Below, in pieces: positions 50,880 to 63,454 of a DNA stretch of 64,000 nucleotides. How positions within the stretch are numbered: the stretch's first letter is position 1; every line of letters begins with the position of its first letter. A program made the position numbers and the translations under genes. The notes under the pieces were generated by a model. The model was given only the letters and a program-made list of their open reading frames with translations. It was not told the DNA's origin and ran no database searches. Source of the DNA: Methanomethylovorans hollandica DSM 15978 (GTDB taxonomy: Archaea > Halobacteriota > Methanosarcinia > Methanosarcinales > Methanosarcinaceae); NCBI RefSeq assembly GCF_000328665.1, contig NC_019977.1, forward strand, positions 2,162,011 through 2,226,010, read 5' to 3'.

Positions 50880-51158
50880 ATGGAACTAAAGATCATAGAC
50901 AAGACAGAAGATGAAATGCACCTTGAGATAAAAGGTGAGACACATACTCTTCTTAATATGCTTAAATCTGTGCTACTTGAAGATATAAGGATACACACTG
51001 CTTCCTACGATATGAAGCACGTATCCATAAGCGAACCGATCCTGTACATAAAAACAGACGGTACAGATCCTATAATAGTAATAAAAGAAGCTGCTGAAAC
51101 TCTTGTTGCACAGTGTGAAGAGTTCATCAGCGTATTTGGAAAAGCTGTGGACGTATAA
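50880..51158 (+). CDS. rpoL: RNA polymerase subunit L (Rpo11)
   Basis: GETHTLLN, SYDMKH; follows csl4. Confidence 0.93.
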   Translation: MELKIIDKTEDEMHLEIKGETHTLLNMLKSVLLEDIRIHTASYDMKHVSISEPILYIKTDGTDPIIVIKEAAETLVAQCEEFISVFGKAVDV

Positions 51159-51267
51159 TAATTTCCACTGCATTTTTTTTAATGTTTGATATTGGCATTC
51201 ATTATTTATTATACAAAGTGGATACTTTGTAACCTGGAAGGAATTTATCAACTGGAGATGTAATACC

Positions 51268-53033
<1,766 letters not shown>

Positions 53034-53130
53034 GAGAAAAACTTTACTTCTACTTCTTTTACCGCCGGATATTAGTCCCATATTATTATAAACAAAAGAG
53101 TATAATATAAGACGTAACAAGTGTATACCA

Positions 53131-54021
53131 ATGGTTAGAGATTCAATTATCCGGCCTTCTAGGGAGAAGCTCAGTAAAATAAAGATGAGACTCACTCATG
53201 ACCAGCTCAACAAAACCATATTACTCTTTATGATAGTGATATTACCCATCATAGCTATAGATCTGGCAGGACGACAGGAGATCATACCCATCCCTGAAAC
53301 ATTGATGAAGGTAATTCAAGGTATCATAGTGATCTTGGTCTCTTTTGGTGTGGCCACACTGTTCATAAGACTGACCATTAGCTTCATTGCAGGTAAATTT
53401 GAAGGTATCGGACAACCTGAAGAAAAGATCCTGCTTAGCAAGTTGTATGTCCTGCTGGTGTATGTGCTGGCTACAGTGGTTGTATTCCTCCAAATGGGTA
53501 TTGGCATGCAGAATATAGCATTGTTTTTAGGTTTGACAGCCACCGGTTTTGCCTTTGCTATCCGTGATGTGGTACTTTCCTACATAATATGGTTCATGCT
53601 GCTGACAAAGAAACCATTCAAGATGGGTGATTACATAAATGTAGCTGGCGAGGAGGGACAGGTCAAGCACATCGGCATGTTCTATGTTTTAATAGATCCA
53701 TCACCTGAAACGTATGCAGACTATACCAAGGTACCCAATAAGGTCTTCCTCGAAAAGCCCATCCGCAACTATGGGAGTTATAAATTCGCGTCAACGTTCG
53801 ACCTCTACCTTAAAAATGTGCCAAAGGACATAATTGACAGACTTGAAAGGATAAGGGAAAAGGGCAGTACTCTCAAGGGTGCCGATGCTACTTTCTATCT
53901 TAACAGTGACAGCGATGGAGTTAAGATCACTGTGGAGTTCAAAACGGTCTATGGGGACAGGGATATCCTGAGAGACCGCCTTATGTCCATGATGCTGCAG
54001 GAATTGGACATCAGTGCCTGA
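53131..54021 (+). CDS. MscS mechanosensitive channel family protein
   Basis: TM helices, GFAFAIRD, KPFKMGDYI, VPN. Confidence 0.88.
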   Translation: MVRDSIIRPSREKLSKIKMRLTHDQLNKTILLFMIVILPIIAIDLAGRQEIIPIPETLMKVIQGIIVILVSFGVATLFIRLTISFIAGKFEGIGQPEEKILLSKLYVLLVYVLATVVVFLQMGIGMQNIALFLGLTATGFAFAIRDVVLSYIIWFMLLTKKPFKMGDYINVAGEEGQVKHIGMFYVLIDPSPETYADYTKVPNKVFLEKPIRNYGSYKFASTFDLYLKNVPKDIIDRLERIREKGSTLKGADATFYLNSDSDGVKITVEFKTVYGDRDILRDRLMSMMLQELDISA

Positions 54022-54090
54022 AACAATGCCAGCTGCCTTACCACAAACTCTATAATCAAAGAAGTAATATAAATTATGCTTTTTCAGAAT

Positions 54091-54162
54091 GCGGCTGTGG
54101 TTTAGTGGCTATGACCTGGGCTTCCCAAGCCTAGAACCCGGGTTCGAATCCCGGCAGTCGCA
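54091..54162 (+). tRNA. tRNA-Gly(CCC)
   Basis: GCGGCUG/CAGUCGC acceptor stem, anticodon loop UUCCCAA, GGUUCGAAUCC. Confidence 0.96.
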
Positions 54163-54202
54163 TATCATATATCACCTGTGTATACTCTATAGATGAGAAC
54201 AT

Positions 54203-54745
54203 ATGAGCAAAACTTCCCTTTTCAGTTCTGAAAAAAAAGATAATGATCGCACAATTATCCCCCTTAAAATAGGTTCTTGCAATAAAGGAGAAAAGATTTT
54301 TTTTACTGAAAATGTGTTGTGCCCTTTGTGCAATAAAACCGGACAGCATGTTAAAAGCATTACAGTTAAACATCTTATTAAACAAGAACTAATGGATAGA
54401 CTAGGTGTTGAGGATTATTTTCTGTGCATGAACCCTGGATGTGATGCTGCATACTATAGCGCAACAGGAACGGTATTTGAAAAAAGTGATATCACAGTAC
54501 CATTGTGGTTCAAGGATGATGCGGAGCCCAAGTATGCATGTTACTGTAGTGAGATAACTGAAGAACAGGTCATTAGAGCAATGATCGAACAGGGCATGAC
54601 AGATATGGCTACGATCAAAAAGTTATATGATCCGGGAGCAAAATGCCAATGTCATCTCAAAAATCCTACTGGTAAGTGCTGTACTGAAGTATTTACTAAA
54701 GCTATCGACAAAGGGATAATATTGGAAACAACTAAAAAAATGTAA
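54203..54745 (+). CDS. Cys-rich putative [2Fe-2S]/Zn metallochaperone (CopZ N-terminal-like)
   Basis: CPLC, FLCMNPGC..YY, ACYC, C.C...NPTGKCC. Confidence 0.78.
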   Translation: MSKTSLFSSEKKDNDRTIIPLKIGSCNKGEKIFFTENVLCPLCNKTGQHVKSITVKHLIKQELMDRLGVEDYFLCMNPGCDAAYYSATGTVFEKSDITVPLWFKDDAEPKYACYCSEITEEQVIRAMIEQGMTDMATIKKLYDPGAKCQCHLKNPTGKCCTEVFTKAIDKGIILETTKKM

Positions 54746-54772
54746 TAGGGGAAATATATCCAATTCAACAAC

Positions 54773-54982
54773 TCACTTTTTGCGGGAATTTCCCGGTATT
54801 TTTTTATCTGGCGTGACACCGTAGAATTTTGTCCTCGCTTTACCCCAGATACACCCGGTCTTGCCAAATATCTTAAGTTCCAGGTTCTGTATAGCCTTGC
54901 AGATACCGTTACCTGCTCTTGCCCCTTTACATACGATGCAATACTTTTCACAGAACACCGGTGGTTTTCCCTTATCTGCCAT
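54773..54982 (-). CDS. Small basic Cys-rich hypothetical protein (69 aa)
   Basis: GGAGGT RBS 5 nt before ATG; FCEKYCIVC...C...GCIWG. Confidence 0.65.
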   Translation of the reverse strand: MADKGKPPVFCEKYCIVCKGARAGNGICKAIQNLELKIFGKTGCIWGKARTKFYGVTPDKKIPGNSRKK

Positions 54983-55108
54983 ATTGTTACCTCCAATAAA
55001 TAAGAATAAATATACATAGAAGTAGGAGAGATATGTTTATAAAAGATGTGTCTACATGAAAGATATGTTTATCCAGGAAATTATTGCCTGTAGAATTAAA
55101 ATAAGCAA

Positions 55109-55621
55109 TTATTCCATATCCTGCATGGAAACATTGCGAATCCTGGTGACGCCGCCGATCTCGTCTATAACCTCCGCCACAGCGGCCGGGACGAGCTGGC
55201 GCCAGTCTTCGCCTTCGATCATCTTTTTACGGACCTCTGTTCCAGAGTAGCCTTTCCTGTTGAACATAGGAGGCTGCCTTACATTCATATTCGCTTCCCT
55301 GAAAAGCTGGATCACAAGAGGATTATTAGAATAAACCACATCAAAGGGAGGGGACATGGAAATTATATGAGATACCCATACTGCGTTACGCTGCAGGTCT
55401 TCAATGGGTATTGCATAATGTTTCACATCTGCATCTTCCAAGGCATGGCGTATCATCATAACCCTTTCACCTGCAGTAAAGGGGTTCCAGGGATCATGAC
55501 TTTTCTGGGCACTGCCTATCCCTATTACCAGCTCATCTACTTCCTTTGCAATGGCGCAAATGGTGGAATAATGCCCAAGATGGAATGGTTGGAAGCGTCC
55601 TATATAGAACGCTCTTCTCAT
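55109..55621 (-). CDS. nadM: Nicotinamide-nucleotide adenylyltransferase
   Basis: GRFQPFHLGH, GSAQ, NPFTAGER, SGTEVR. Confidence 0.95.
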   Translation of the reverse strand: MRRAFYIGRFQPFHLGHYSTICAIAKEVDELVIGIGSAQKSHDPWNPFTAGERVMMIRHALEDADVKHYAIPIEDLQRNAVWVSHIISMSPPFDVVYSNNPLVIQLFREANMNVRQPPMFNRKGYSGTEVRKKMIEGEDWRQLVPAAVAEVIDEIGGVTRIRNVSMQDME

Positions 55622-55639
55622 GTGCATAAATGACAACCG

Positions 55640-56671
55640 TTAACGTATACCACATTCGTCAAATGAGAATTTCTCACAGACTTCAAGATAATGGCCTGAG
55701 TTGTTATCGTGTTTCATTTTTGCAAGTTTCTTTACAAGATCCAATCCAGGGGGTGCAGGATTCTCCATGATCTCCAGCGTATCCTTCACCATATCGAAGT
55801 ATCTCTGCCCTTCATCTGTGCGTATAAGCACACAGTTCCAGCCATCCGGAGTACCTACTGAACCTACGGATATGTCTGCGAATACAGATGTATAATCACA
55901 GCAATTATGACAGGGATGCCTTGCATAAGGTGCAACTTCAGCGATCTTGACACTGTGCTCCTGACCATCCTTCGTGTAGTTCCAGAACTTACCTTTTCCG
56001 AAATCCATCTTCACAACGTCGTCGACGTTAAGTTTCATGATCTCAGGAACTATCTTCTCCCTCATAGTTTCATGATAGAAACTTTCCATGCACAAAAGAC
56101 CCACTATAAGAACGATCTTATCATTAACGTTCTCTGATATAAGACGGGCTCCATGAGCTTGGCAGGGTACACCTACAACAGCTATGCGATTATATTTCTC
56201 GAAAGGCTCCTTAAGTGCCTCCAGGACCGAATCATAAGTATATTTGGTACCTGTGGTCTTATCCACGTCCTCAGGTTTTGTCATGAGAACAAGTTCTGTT
56301 TCCCACACATTATTCCGGGAAATACCAACAACACAGTCTATCTCGCCTTTCCTGAGAAGCTCTTTAAGTATATGGGAAGTCACACCTCCATCCTGACCGA
56401 CAATAGTGCTCTTTGCACCAAAGAAGGACTTCACGTTGGCAAATTCGTCATCGTAATATCCATCGATCACTGGACAAACTCTTCCACATGTGAAACAGCC
56501 TTCACACACATAAGGAGCTGCCCCTTGCTCATATAACTCAAGATTGTCGGGATCGCGTACTTCTGCCCGCTTATTTATAACAATGGCACCGGCAGGACAT
56601 GCAGATGCGCATGCCCCACAAGCAGTGCAGACGTCATGTTCAATGACCTCTAAGATCTTTGGATGAACCAT
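55640..56671 (-). CDS. fpoF: F420H2 dehydrogenase subunit FpoF
   Basis: Two ferredoxin motifs, QDGG, TKY, VGVPCQ, GLLCME, DISVGSVG; co-oriented downstream of mer. Confidence 0.88.
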   Translation of the reverse strand: MVHPKILEVIEHDVCTACGACASACPAGAIVINKRAEVRDPDNLELYEQGAAPYVCEGCFTCGRVCPVIDGYYDDEFANVKSFFGAKSTIVGQDGGVTSHILKELLRKGEIDCVVGISRNNVWETELVLMTKPEDVDKTTGTKYTYDSVLEALKEPFEKYNRIAVVGVPCQAHGARLISENVNDKIVLIVGLLCMESFYHETMREKIVPEIMKLNVDDVVKMDFGKGKFWNYTKDGQEHSVKIAEVAPYARHPCHNCCDYTSVFADISVGSVGTPDGWNCVLIRTDEGQRYFDMVKDTLEIMENPAPPGLDLVKKLAKMKHDNNSGHYLEVCEKFSFDECGIR

Positions 56672-56688
56672 CCTCCAGATCCTCCCAA

Positions 56689-57699
<1,011 letters not shown>

Positions 57700-58057
57700 T
57701 CAGGTAACTGTACCTATTTATATGTTTGTTGGTTTAGTCATTGGCCTTGGCACTTGCAGATAATACATTAACAGAAGATACATAACATCTGACATTATCA
57801 ATTAATCTTTTTGAAATATATCTGCAACTGCATTCGACCAGTCAACTGAAATAGGCAGTGTGCAGGATAATTGAATATTATGTTTTCCTGAAGATTAACC
57901 AACACAGATATATCAATTGACATAAAGAATATTGTTCAATTCACCAGGGGGTGAGATGGGGAAAATCACTTTTCTGGGGAAATAATGCGATGATCCCAAC
58001 AACTGGATGGATTAGCATACTTTTGTCTTTAACAAAAAAAAGAAAAGAAGGATACGC

Positions 58058-58297
58058 ATGAAATGCTACGAATGTGCTAAAACTGGAAAAGAAACGGACA
58101 CCGTTGCTGCTTGCATAATATGTGGAAGAGGGGTTTGCAAGGAACATCTTGTCCGGGAAGAGACACCTATATGGGAAGGAGAATACAGCATAAAACTGAG
58201 GTGCGGTATGGGGACTGAATGCAAACTTGATGATATAAACCGCTGGAAAAAAGTGCTCTGTATACCCTGCCACAAAGCTCTGAAGGAGAACTACTAG
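58058..58297 (+). CDS. DUF2180-like Cys-rich zinc-binding protein
   Basis: MKCYEC...CIICGRGVCKEH...CIPC. Confidence 0.8.
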   Translation: MKCYECAKTGKETDTVAACIICGRGVCKEHLVREETPIWEGEYSIKLRCGMGTECKLDDINRWKKVLCIPCHKALKENY

Positions 58298-58305
58298 GTG
58301 ATATT

Positions 58306-58524
58306 ATGATGAAATGCTATGATTGCATGGAGAAAGGAAAGGATTCCAACGCAGTATGTATCTGCATCACTTGCGGCAAGGGTTTGTGTCTGGATCATAC
58401 AAAGGAGCTGGAACTCCCGGTGACTGTAGGAACACCCCCTGATCTTAAGAGATTGCCAAATAGCCTGCCAAGACTTGTATGTAACTATTGCATCAACCAG
58501 ATAATAGAAGATGGATTTGATTGA
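58306..58524 (+). CDS. DUF2180-like Cys-rich zinc-binding protein (tandem paralog)
   Basis: MKCYDC...CITCGKGLCLDH...CNYC. Confidence 0.8.
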   Translation: MMKCYDCMEKGKDSNAVCICITCGKGLCLDHTKELELPVTVGTPPDLKRLPNSLPRLVCNYCINQIIEDGFD

Positions 58525-58551
58525 TCGAAATAATCAGAGGAGGAGAAAAAA

Positions 58552-58917
58552 ATGACCAGACATAACGATATGTTAGAGGATAAAGAACTTATAAGATCCA
58601 TGTCAGAGAAACTGGGATTTACCCCGCAGATACTTGAGACTCTGGGTGAGCTGGAACCTGAGTTCCTGACTAAATACAACAGATGTAACCGCAGATTATT
58701 GCAAGATGGAGCACTGCCTGCGAAAGTCAAGATACTTATGGCACTTGCCGTAGTAGCATCCAAACAATGCGAAAAGTGTGTGGTAGCCCAGATGAAGAGT
58801 GCACTGGAGAATGGTGCGACCAAGGAAGAGATAATGGAAACAATGGATGTGATATCCATCACTTCCGGTGCACCTGCCGTTGCAGCATGCAGGGATGCAT
58901 TGAGATTGCTGAAATGA
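58552..58917 (+). CDS. Carboxymuconolactone decarboxylase/AhpD-family disulfide reductase (MdrA-like)
   Basis: [21 protein letters not shown]; cluster context. Confidence 0.85.
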   Translation: MTRHNDMLEDKELIRSMSEKLGFTPQILETLGELEPEFLTKYNRCNRRLLQDGALPAKVKILMALAVVASKQCEKCVVAQMKSALENGATKEEIMETMDVISITSGAPAVAACRDALRLLK

Positions 58918-58925
58918 ACCTCCCC

Positions 58926-58952
58926 GGAAGGCCATCCCACAGATGGCTTTCC
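58926..58952 (+). other. Intergenic stem-loop
   Basis: GGAAGGCCAUC-CCACA-GAUGGCUUUCC, 11 bp. Confidence 0.6.
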
Positions 58953-59022
58953 ATTGGGATAAATTGACAGATCACCTTTATTAGAATCATATAGTATTGA
59001 GGGGGTACCCCGCATTAGAACC

Positions 59023-60438
59023 TTGAGAACTATATATCTGACAATATTGGTAATGATCGCACTGTACGCAATAACTTTCAATGCACTTGCAGTCACACCC
59101 ACTGCATATGGTGAACTATCCTCTGACATGTTCGCTGATAGTGATAAATGTTCACAATGTCATGCAATTGCCCATGACCAGTGGAAAGGCACCATGCATT
59201 ACAACGCTTATGAGGATCCTTTCTACCAGAAGGAAGTTCTAGCTGCAAGCAATGATACACAGGGTATAGTGGATGAATTCTGTTCCCGTTGCCATACTCC
59301 CATTGGAGTCGTATCAGGCGAGATACCTCCGGTCGGCGGAGCAAATCTCAGTGCTATTGCAAGAGAGGGAGTACAGTGTGATTTCTGCCATGTCATATCC
59401 GTCAGCAACGGCACAGGGAATGCACCTTTTGTTGTCAGCCCGGGGAATATCAAGTGGGGACCCTTTGATGATTCAAAGTCCGCATACCATGAATCAGAAT
59501 ATCTGGAATTGTACACCACCTCGGAATACTGTGGCATGTGCCATGACGTGACACATCCCCTCAATGGCCTTGTTGTCGATGACACGTACACTGTGTGGAA
59601 AGAAGGACCCTATGCTGAAGAAGGGGTTGAGTGTCAGGATTGTCATATGACCTCTGGTATAACCAAATTTGAGGCAAATCCCGGAAGAGCAGGTTCCGGT
59701 GCACAAAAAAGAGAACATATATCCACCCATGCAATAGTAGGTGGCAATGCTTTTATAACAGAGATCCTTGGAGAAGATAAATATAAAGAAATGGCTGTTG
59801 AGAGGCTTAAAAAGACTGCAACTCTTTCCATTGATGCACCACAGATAGGCCAGAGAGGCGACAACTTAAGTCTTAACATATCCATTACCAATTCCGGAGC
59901 CGGACACAAGATACCCACAGGAGTTTCTGAGATCAGGCAGATGTGGCTGACTGTAAGCGTAAAGGACGGCAGCGGTAAACAGGTATACAATACCGGAGAT
60001 GTTTATGATAATGGAACTGTAGGGAATGCAAAGATATACAACACTGTTCTTGGTGATGCACAGGGACAGCCGACACTCAGTTTCTGGCTTGCCCAATCCA
60101 TACTTGAAGACAACAGAATACCTCCCAGAGGAACAGTTTCAGAAAAGCACAGTTTCAGAATACCTGAAGATGTGACTTATCCGCTTGCAATAGAAGTAAC
60201 TCTGCAGTACCGTTCAGCACCACAGGATATTATTGACCATCTCTTTGGAAAAGATGTGTATGAGGTACCTGTCATCAGCATGACGGAAATATCTACTAAC
60301 ATCTATGAGAATGAAGAGACAGCAGCTGCGGGTGCAGCAGATGCAGCAAAACCTTCAACCCCTGGAGTAGGCAGCCTGGGCTCTGTAACTATCCTGCTGT
60401 GTGCAGCATACTTTTACATGGGAAGAAGGGAAATATGA
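59023..60438 (+). CDS. Exported pentaheme c-type cytochrome with C-terminal membrane anchor
   Basis: Signal peptide; CSQCH, CSRCH, CDFCH, CGMCH, CQDCH; C-terminal TPG + TM + RR. Confidence 0.9.
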   Translation: MRTIYLTILVMIALYAITFNALAVTPTAYGELSSDMFADSDKCSQCHAIAHDQWKGTMHYNAYEDPFYQKEVLAASNDTQGIVDEFCSRCHTPIGVVSGEIPPVGGANLSAIAREGVQCDFCHVISVSNGTGNAPFVVSPGNIKWGPFDDSKSAYHESEYLELYTTSEYCGMCHDVTHPLNGLVVDDTYTVWKEGPYAEEGVECQDCHMTSGITKFEANPGRAGSGAQKREHISTHAIVGGNAFITEILGEDKYKEMAVERLKKTATLSIDAPQIGQRGDNLSLNISITNSGAGHKIPTGVSEIRQMWLTVSVKDGSGKQVYNTGDVYDNGTVGNAKIYNTVLGDAQGQPTLSFWLAQSILEDNRIPPRGTVSEKHSFRIPEDVTYPLAIEVTLQYRSAPQDIIDHLFGKDVYEVPVISMTEISTNIYENEETAAAGAADAAKPSTPGVGSLGSVTILLCAAYFYMGRREI

Positions 60439-60450
60439 GTAGAATTCACA

Positions 60451-60475
60451 CCAGGCTGTAAAGATCACAGCCTGG
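60451..60475 (+). other. Intergenic stem-loop
   Basis: CCAGGCUGU-AAAGAUC-ACAGCCUGG, perfect 9 bp. Confidence 0.6.
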
Positions 60476-60501
60476 CGATATATAAAAAGGAGATAAGAAA
60501 A

Positions 60502-60690
60502 ATGCCAGCAAAAGTAGATCCGAACATATGTGAAGGAATAGGAGCATGCAAGGAATCTTGCCCTGAGGATGTCTTTGAAATGAAAGATGACGGACAGGGA
60601 CTAAAATCTGTGGTCGTCCATCCGGACAACTGTATAGAATGTGGATTATGCGTAGATGCGTGTCCTATGGGCGCAATAACCATCGAGTAA
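60502..60690 (+). CDS. Ferredoxin, 2[4Fe-4S]-type
   Basis: CEGIGACKESCP and CIECGLCVDACP; AGGAG RBS. Confidence 0.9.
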   Translation: MPAKVDPNICEGIGACKESCPEDVFEMKDDGQGLKSVVVHPDNCIECGLCVDACPMGAITIE

Positions 60691-60731
60691 ATCCCATATC
60701 TCATATCTAAAGAGAACAATGGAGTGTCTTG

Positions 60732-61370
60732 ATGACGGGTGATACAACGATCAGATTGCTTGGCATCTCAGGAAGTCCAAGAAAGAAATCTACAGATCAT
60801 GTAGTAAACGAGGCCCTGAAATATGCACAGGAGAAATTTGATGTTGAAATTGATTATTTCTCTGCGAGCGGAAAAGATCTTAAGTTCTGCATACACTGTG
60901 ACTATTGCGTGCGCAAGCAGCAGGGATGCATCCACAAAGACGATATTGTGGCCCTCTATGACAAAATGCTATGGGCTGATGCCTGGATAATAGGCACTCC
61001 TGTGTACCAAGGCACGTTAAGTGCACAGACGAAGACTATAATGGATAGATGCAGGGCAGTTGTGGCACGTGATCCAAAAGCCTTCAAATACAAAGTTGGT
61101 GCTGCCACTGCAGTTGGAGGAGACAGGATAGGAGGACAGGAACCGGCTATCCAGACCATACTGAACTTCTATGTGATCAGTGAGATGCTACCCATTGCCG
61201 GAGGGTCCTTTGGTTCAAATCTCGGAGGAACTTTCTGGTCTCAGGACAGAGGAGCAGAGGGGGTTGCAGAGGATACCGAGGGCATACGAAGCCTGCACCG
61301 CACTGTGAATAAACTTATCAGGGCCGCCCAATTCATCAAAAAGGCTCAGCGGGAAGGAGATAGCCTGTGA
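60732..61370 (+). CDS. Iron-sulfur flavoprotein (Isf) family
   Basis: SGSPR, CIHCDYC...C, TPVY, GGQE. Confidence 0.9.
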   Translation: MTGDTTIRLLGISGSPRKKSTDHVVNEALKYAQEKFDVEIDYFSASGKDLKFCIHCDYCVRKQQGCIHKDDIVALYDKMLWADAWIIGTPVYQGTLSAQTKTIMDRCRAVVARDPKAFKYKVGAATAVGGDRIGGQEPAIQTILNFYVISEMLPIAGGSFGSNLGGTFWSQDRGAEGVAEDTEGIRSLHRTVNKLIRAAQFIKKAQREGDSL

Positions 61371-62065
61371 AGTTTGAAGAAAAAACAACAGACATAATAA
61401 AAAGGATACATGATGTAAAAAGCTTCAGGTTCAGGCGGCCTGAAGGCTTTGAGTATAAACCCGGCCAATACATACTTGTAAGCCTCACTGTGGAAGGAAA
61501 AGTTGTCACAAAGGCATTTAGCCTTTCCAGCAGCCCCACCGAGAAAGGTCATATAGAGTTCACTAAAAAACTTACCGGTCATCCTTTCTCAAATGTGCTT
61601 GACAATATGAATATTGGAGATAGCGCTGTCATTAGCGGGCCATTCGGGAACATGACCTTCGAAGGCGAGTATGCAAAAGTGGCATTGCTGAGCGGCGGGA
61701 TAGGTATCACTCCCATGGTAAGTATATGCAGATATTGTACAGACATGCACCTTGATGCTGACATTATGCTGATATATAGCAATAAGACCGAGAACGACCT
61801 TGCCTTCAGGGAAGAACTTGACGAGATGATGCACAACAATAGCAATTTAAAAGTAGTGTACACCCTGACCCGTGCATCAGAAAGCTGGACAGGTTGCCGG
61901 GAACGTATATGCGAGAACATGGTGGCCCGGGAGATACCAGATTACAGGGAAAGACATTTCCTGATATGCGGCCCACCTGAAATGGTCAGGTCCATGGAAG
62001 AAATGCTGATAGCAATGAAGATCCCAAAGGATATGGTCAAAAAAGAAGCATTGGCAGGATACTGA
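61367..62065 (+). CDS. FAD/NAD(P)-binding oxidoreductase (FNR-like)
   Basis: YKPGQY, FSLSS, GPFG, GGIGITP, CGPP. Confidence 0.9.
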   Translation: MKFEEKTTDIIKRIHDVKSFRFRRPEGFEYKPGQYILVSLTVEGKVVTKAFSLSSSPTEKGHIEFTKKLTGHPFSNVLDNMNIGDSAVISGPFGNMTFEGEYAKVALLSGGIGITPMVSICRYCTDMHLDADIMLIYSNKTENDLAFREELDEMMHNNSNLKVVYTLTRASESWTGCRERICENMVAREIPDYRERHFLICGPPEMVRSMEEMLIAMKIPKDMVKKEALAGY

Positions 62066-62081
62066 TTAGTGGAGAGATGAC

Positions 62082-62627
62082 ATGAAAAGAATAGCATGGG
62101 GAATAACAGGTTCAGGAGACCTTATAAGAGAAACGTGTGACATAATGTTGGACATCAAAAAAAGAGCAGATATAGAGCTAATGACCTTCTTGTCCAAAGA
62201 GGGAGAGGTTGTCCTGAAATGGTATAAGATGTGGGATGACTTTAAGACAAACTTCCCGGATCTGAAGACCGAAGGAGGACCTAATTCACCATTCATTGCA
62301 GGACCCTTGCAACTTGGACATTATGATATGCTGATAATAGCACCTGCAACTGCCAACACCGTGGCAAAGATAGTGCATGGCATTGCAGACACACTTGTAA
62401 CAAATGCTGTTTCTCAGACTGCAAAAGGTGATACCCCGATCTATATCCTGCCAGTGGACAGAAAGAAGGGAACTGTAACCACTTACTCGCCAAAGGGCAA
62501 GGAAATAATACTCAAAATGAGAGACATAGATATAGAGAACACAGAAAAGCTGTCCCGTATGGAAAATATCATAATACTTGACAGTCCTGAGGAACTATAT
62601 AGAATAATAGGTGTTTCCAAAGAATGA
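62082..62627 (+). CDS. afpA: Archaeoflavoprotein AfpA family
   Basis: IAWGITGSG, PATANTVAKI...DTLVTNA, LPVD. Confidence 0.88.
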   Translation: MKRIAWGITGSGDLIRETCDIMLDIKKRADIELMTFLSKEGEVVLKWYKMWDDFKTNFPDLKTEGGPNSPFIAGPLQLGHYDMLIIAPATANTVAKIVHGIADTLVTNAVSQTAKGDTPIYILPVDRKKGTVTTYSPKGKEIILKMRDIDIENTEKLSRMENIIILDSPEELYRIIGVSKE

Positions 62628-62631
62628 GGTT

Positions 62632-63450
62632 TCACATAAAAGTGAAACCTTCATTTATATAAGGTTCATCAATCACTTTTCCCGGAACCAGCATGTGCAG
62701 AACACTGAATACAGAATACGCTGCTATGATGCTGTCCAGAGCATCACCGTCGGCGTTCTGCAAAGCCTTGTCCCGTATATCTTCGGGCAGATCCAATGCC
62801 TTTCTTTCAAGGTGGTCCAGAATATGTTCTCTAACTGCCTGCTTCTTTGCTCCTTTTCCTTTATAGGGAATATACAATCCTTCCTTTTTCAGAGCAGAGG
62901 CTGGGCATATTTCTATAATCCATGGGACATCGGCCCTAAGAGACTGCATAGGCAATATACTGGCAGCATCTGAGATCACAAGTGGTCTTATGATGTCCCG
63001 TATACCAAAATAGGTCTGCCTGTACAATCTGAGGTTATAAACACAAAAGGGAGCTTTTACATCTTTGTCCGTTGCTCTTTTGAGCTCTACATTCCCTGAA
63101 GTTCTGCGGTTTATATCTCTAAACTCATCTTCACTGGCATAAAGTTCTGGAAAATGCCTTATGAACTCATTCCAGCTGAGTCCCTGCATGAGCGGAAGCG
63201 GAATTCCAAAAGGAAAATCCATACCAAAAATAGAACTTTTACTGGAACATATAAGACCAAGCAGAGCACGAAGGCCATGGTCCCTGCCCAGTTTAGCTGG
63301 ACTGACCTCACTGAGAGGATAACATTCCACAAGAACTAATCTTTCCCCGATCACTTGCCCGTGGCTGATCCATATCTTATTACAAGCAGCCTTTGCGCCG
63401 CTAAAATCCACACCGAAGATATCGTGCTGGCCGGATGAAGCCAGGGACAT
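62632..63450 (-). CDS. DUF429-like predicted RNase H-fold nuclease
   Basis: GVDFSGA, GMDFPFG, EICP, DALDS, EG. Confidence 0.65.
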   Translation of the reverse strand: MSLASSGQHDIFGVDFSGAKAACNKIWISHGQVIGERLVLVECYPLSEVSPAKLGRDHGLRALLGLICSSKSSIFGMDFPFGIPLPLMQGLSWNEFIRHFPELYASEDEFRDINRRTSGNVELKRATDKDVKAPFCVYNLRLYRQTYFGIRDIIRPLVISDAASILPMQSLRADVPWIIEICPASALKKEGLYIPYKGKGAKKQAVREHILDHLERKALDLPEDIRDKALQNADGDALDSIIAAYSVFSVLHMLVPGKVIDEPYINEGFTFM

Positions 63451-63454
63451 ATGT

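Noticed and set aside
57941..57985. 9-aa uORF MGKITFLGK ahead of the redox cluster
   Set aside because: GGTGA lies only 1 nt from the ATG and there is no other support
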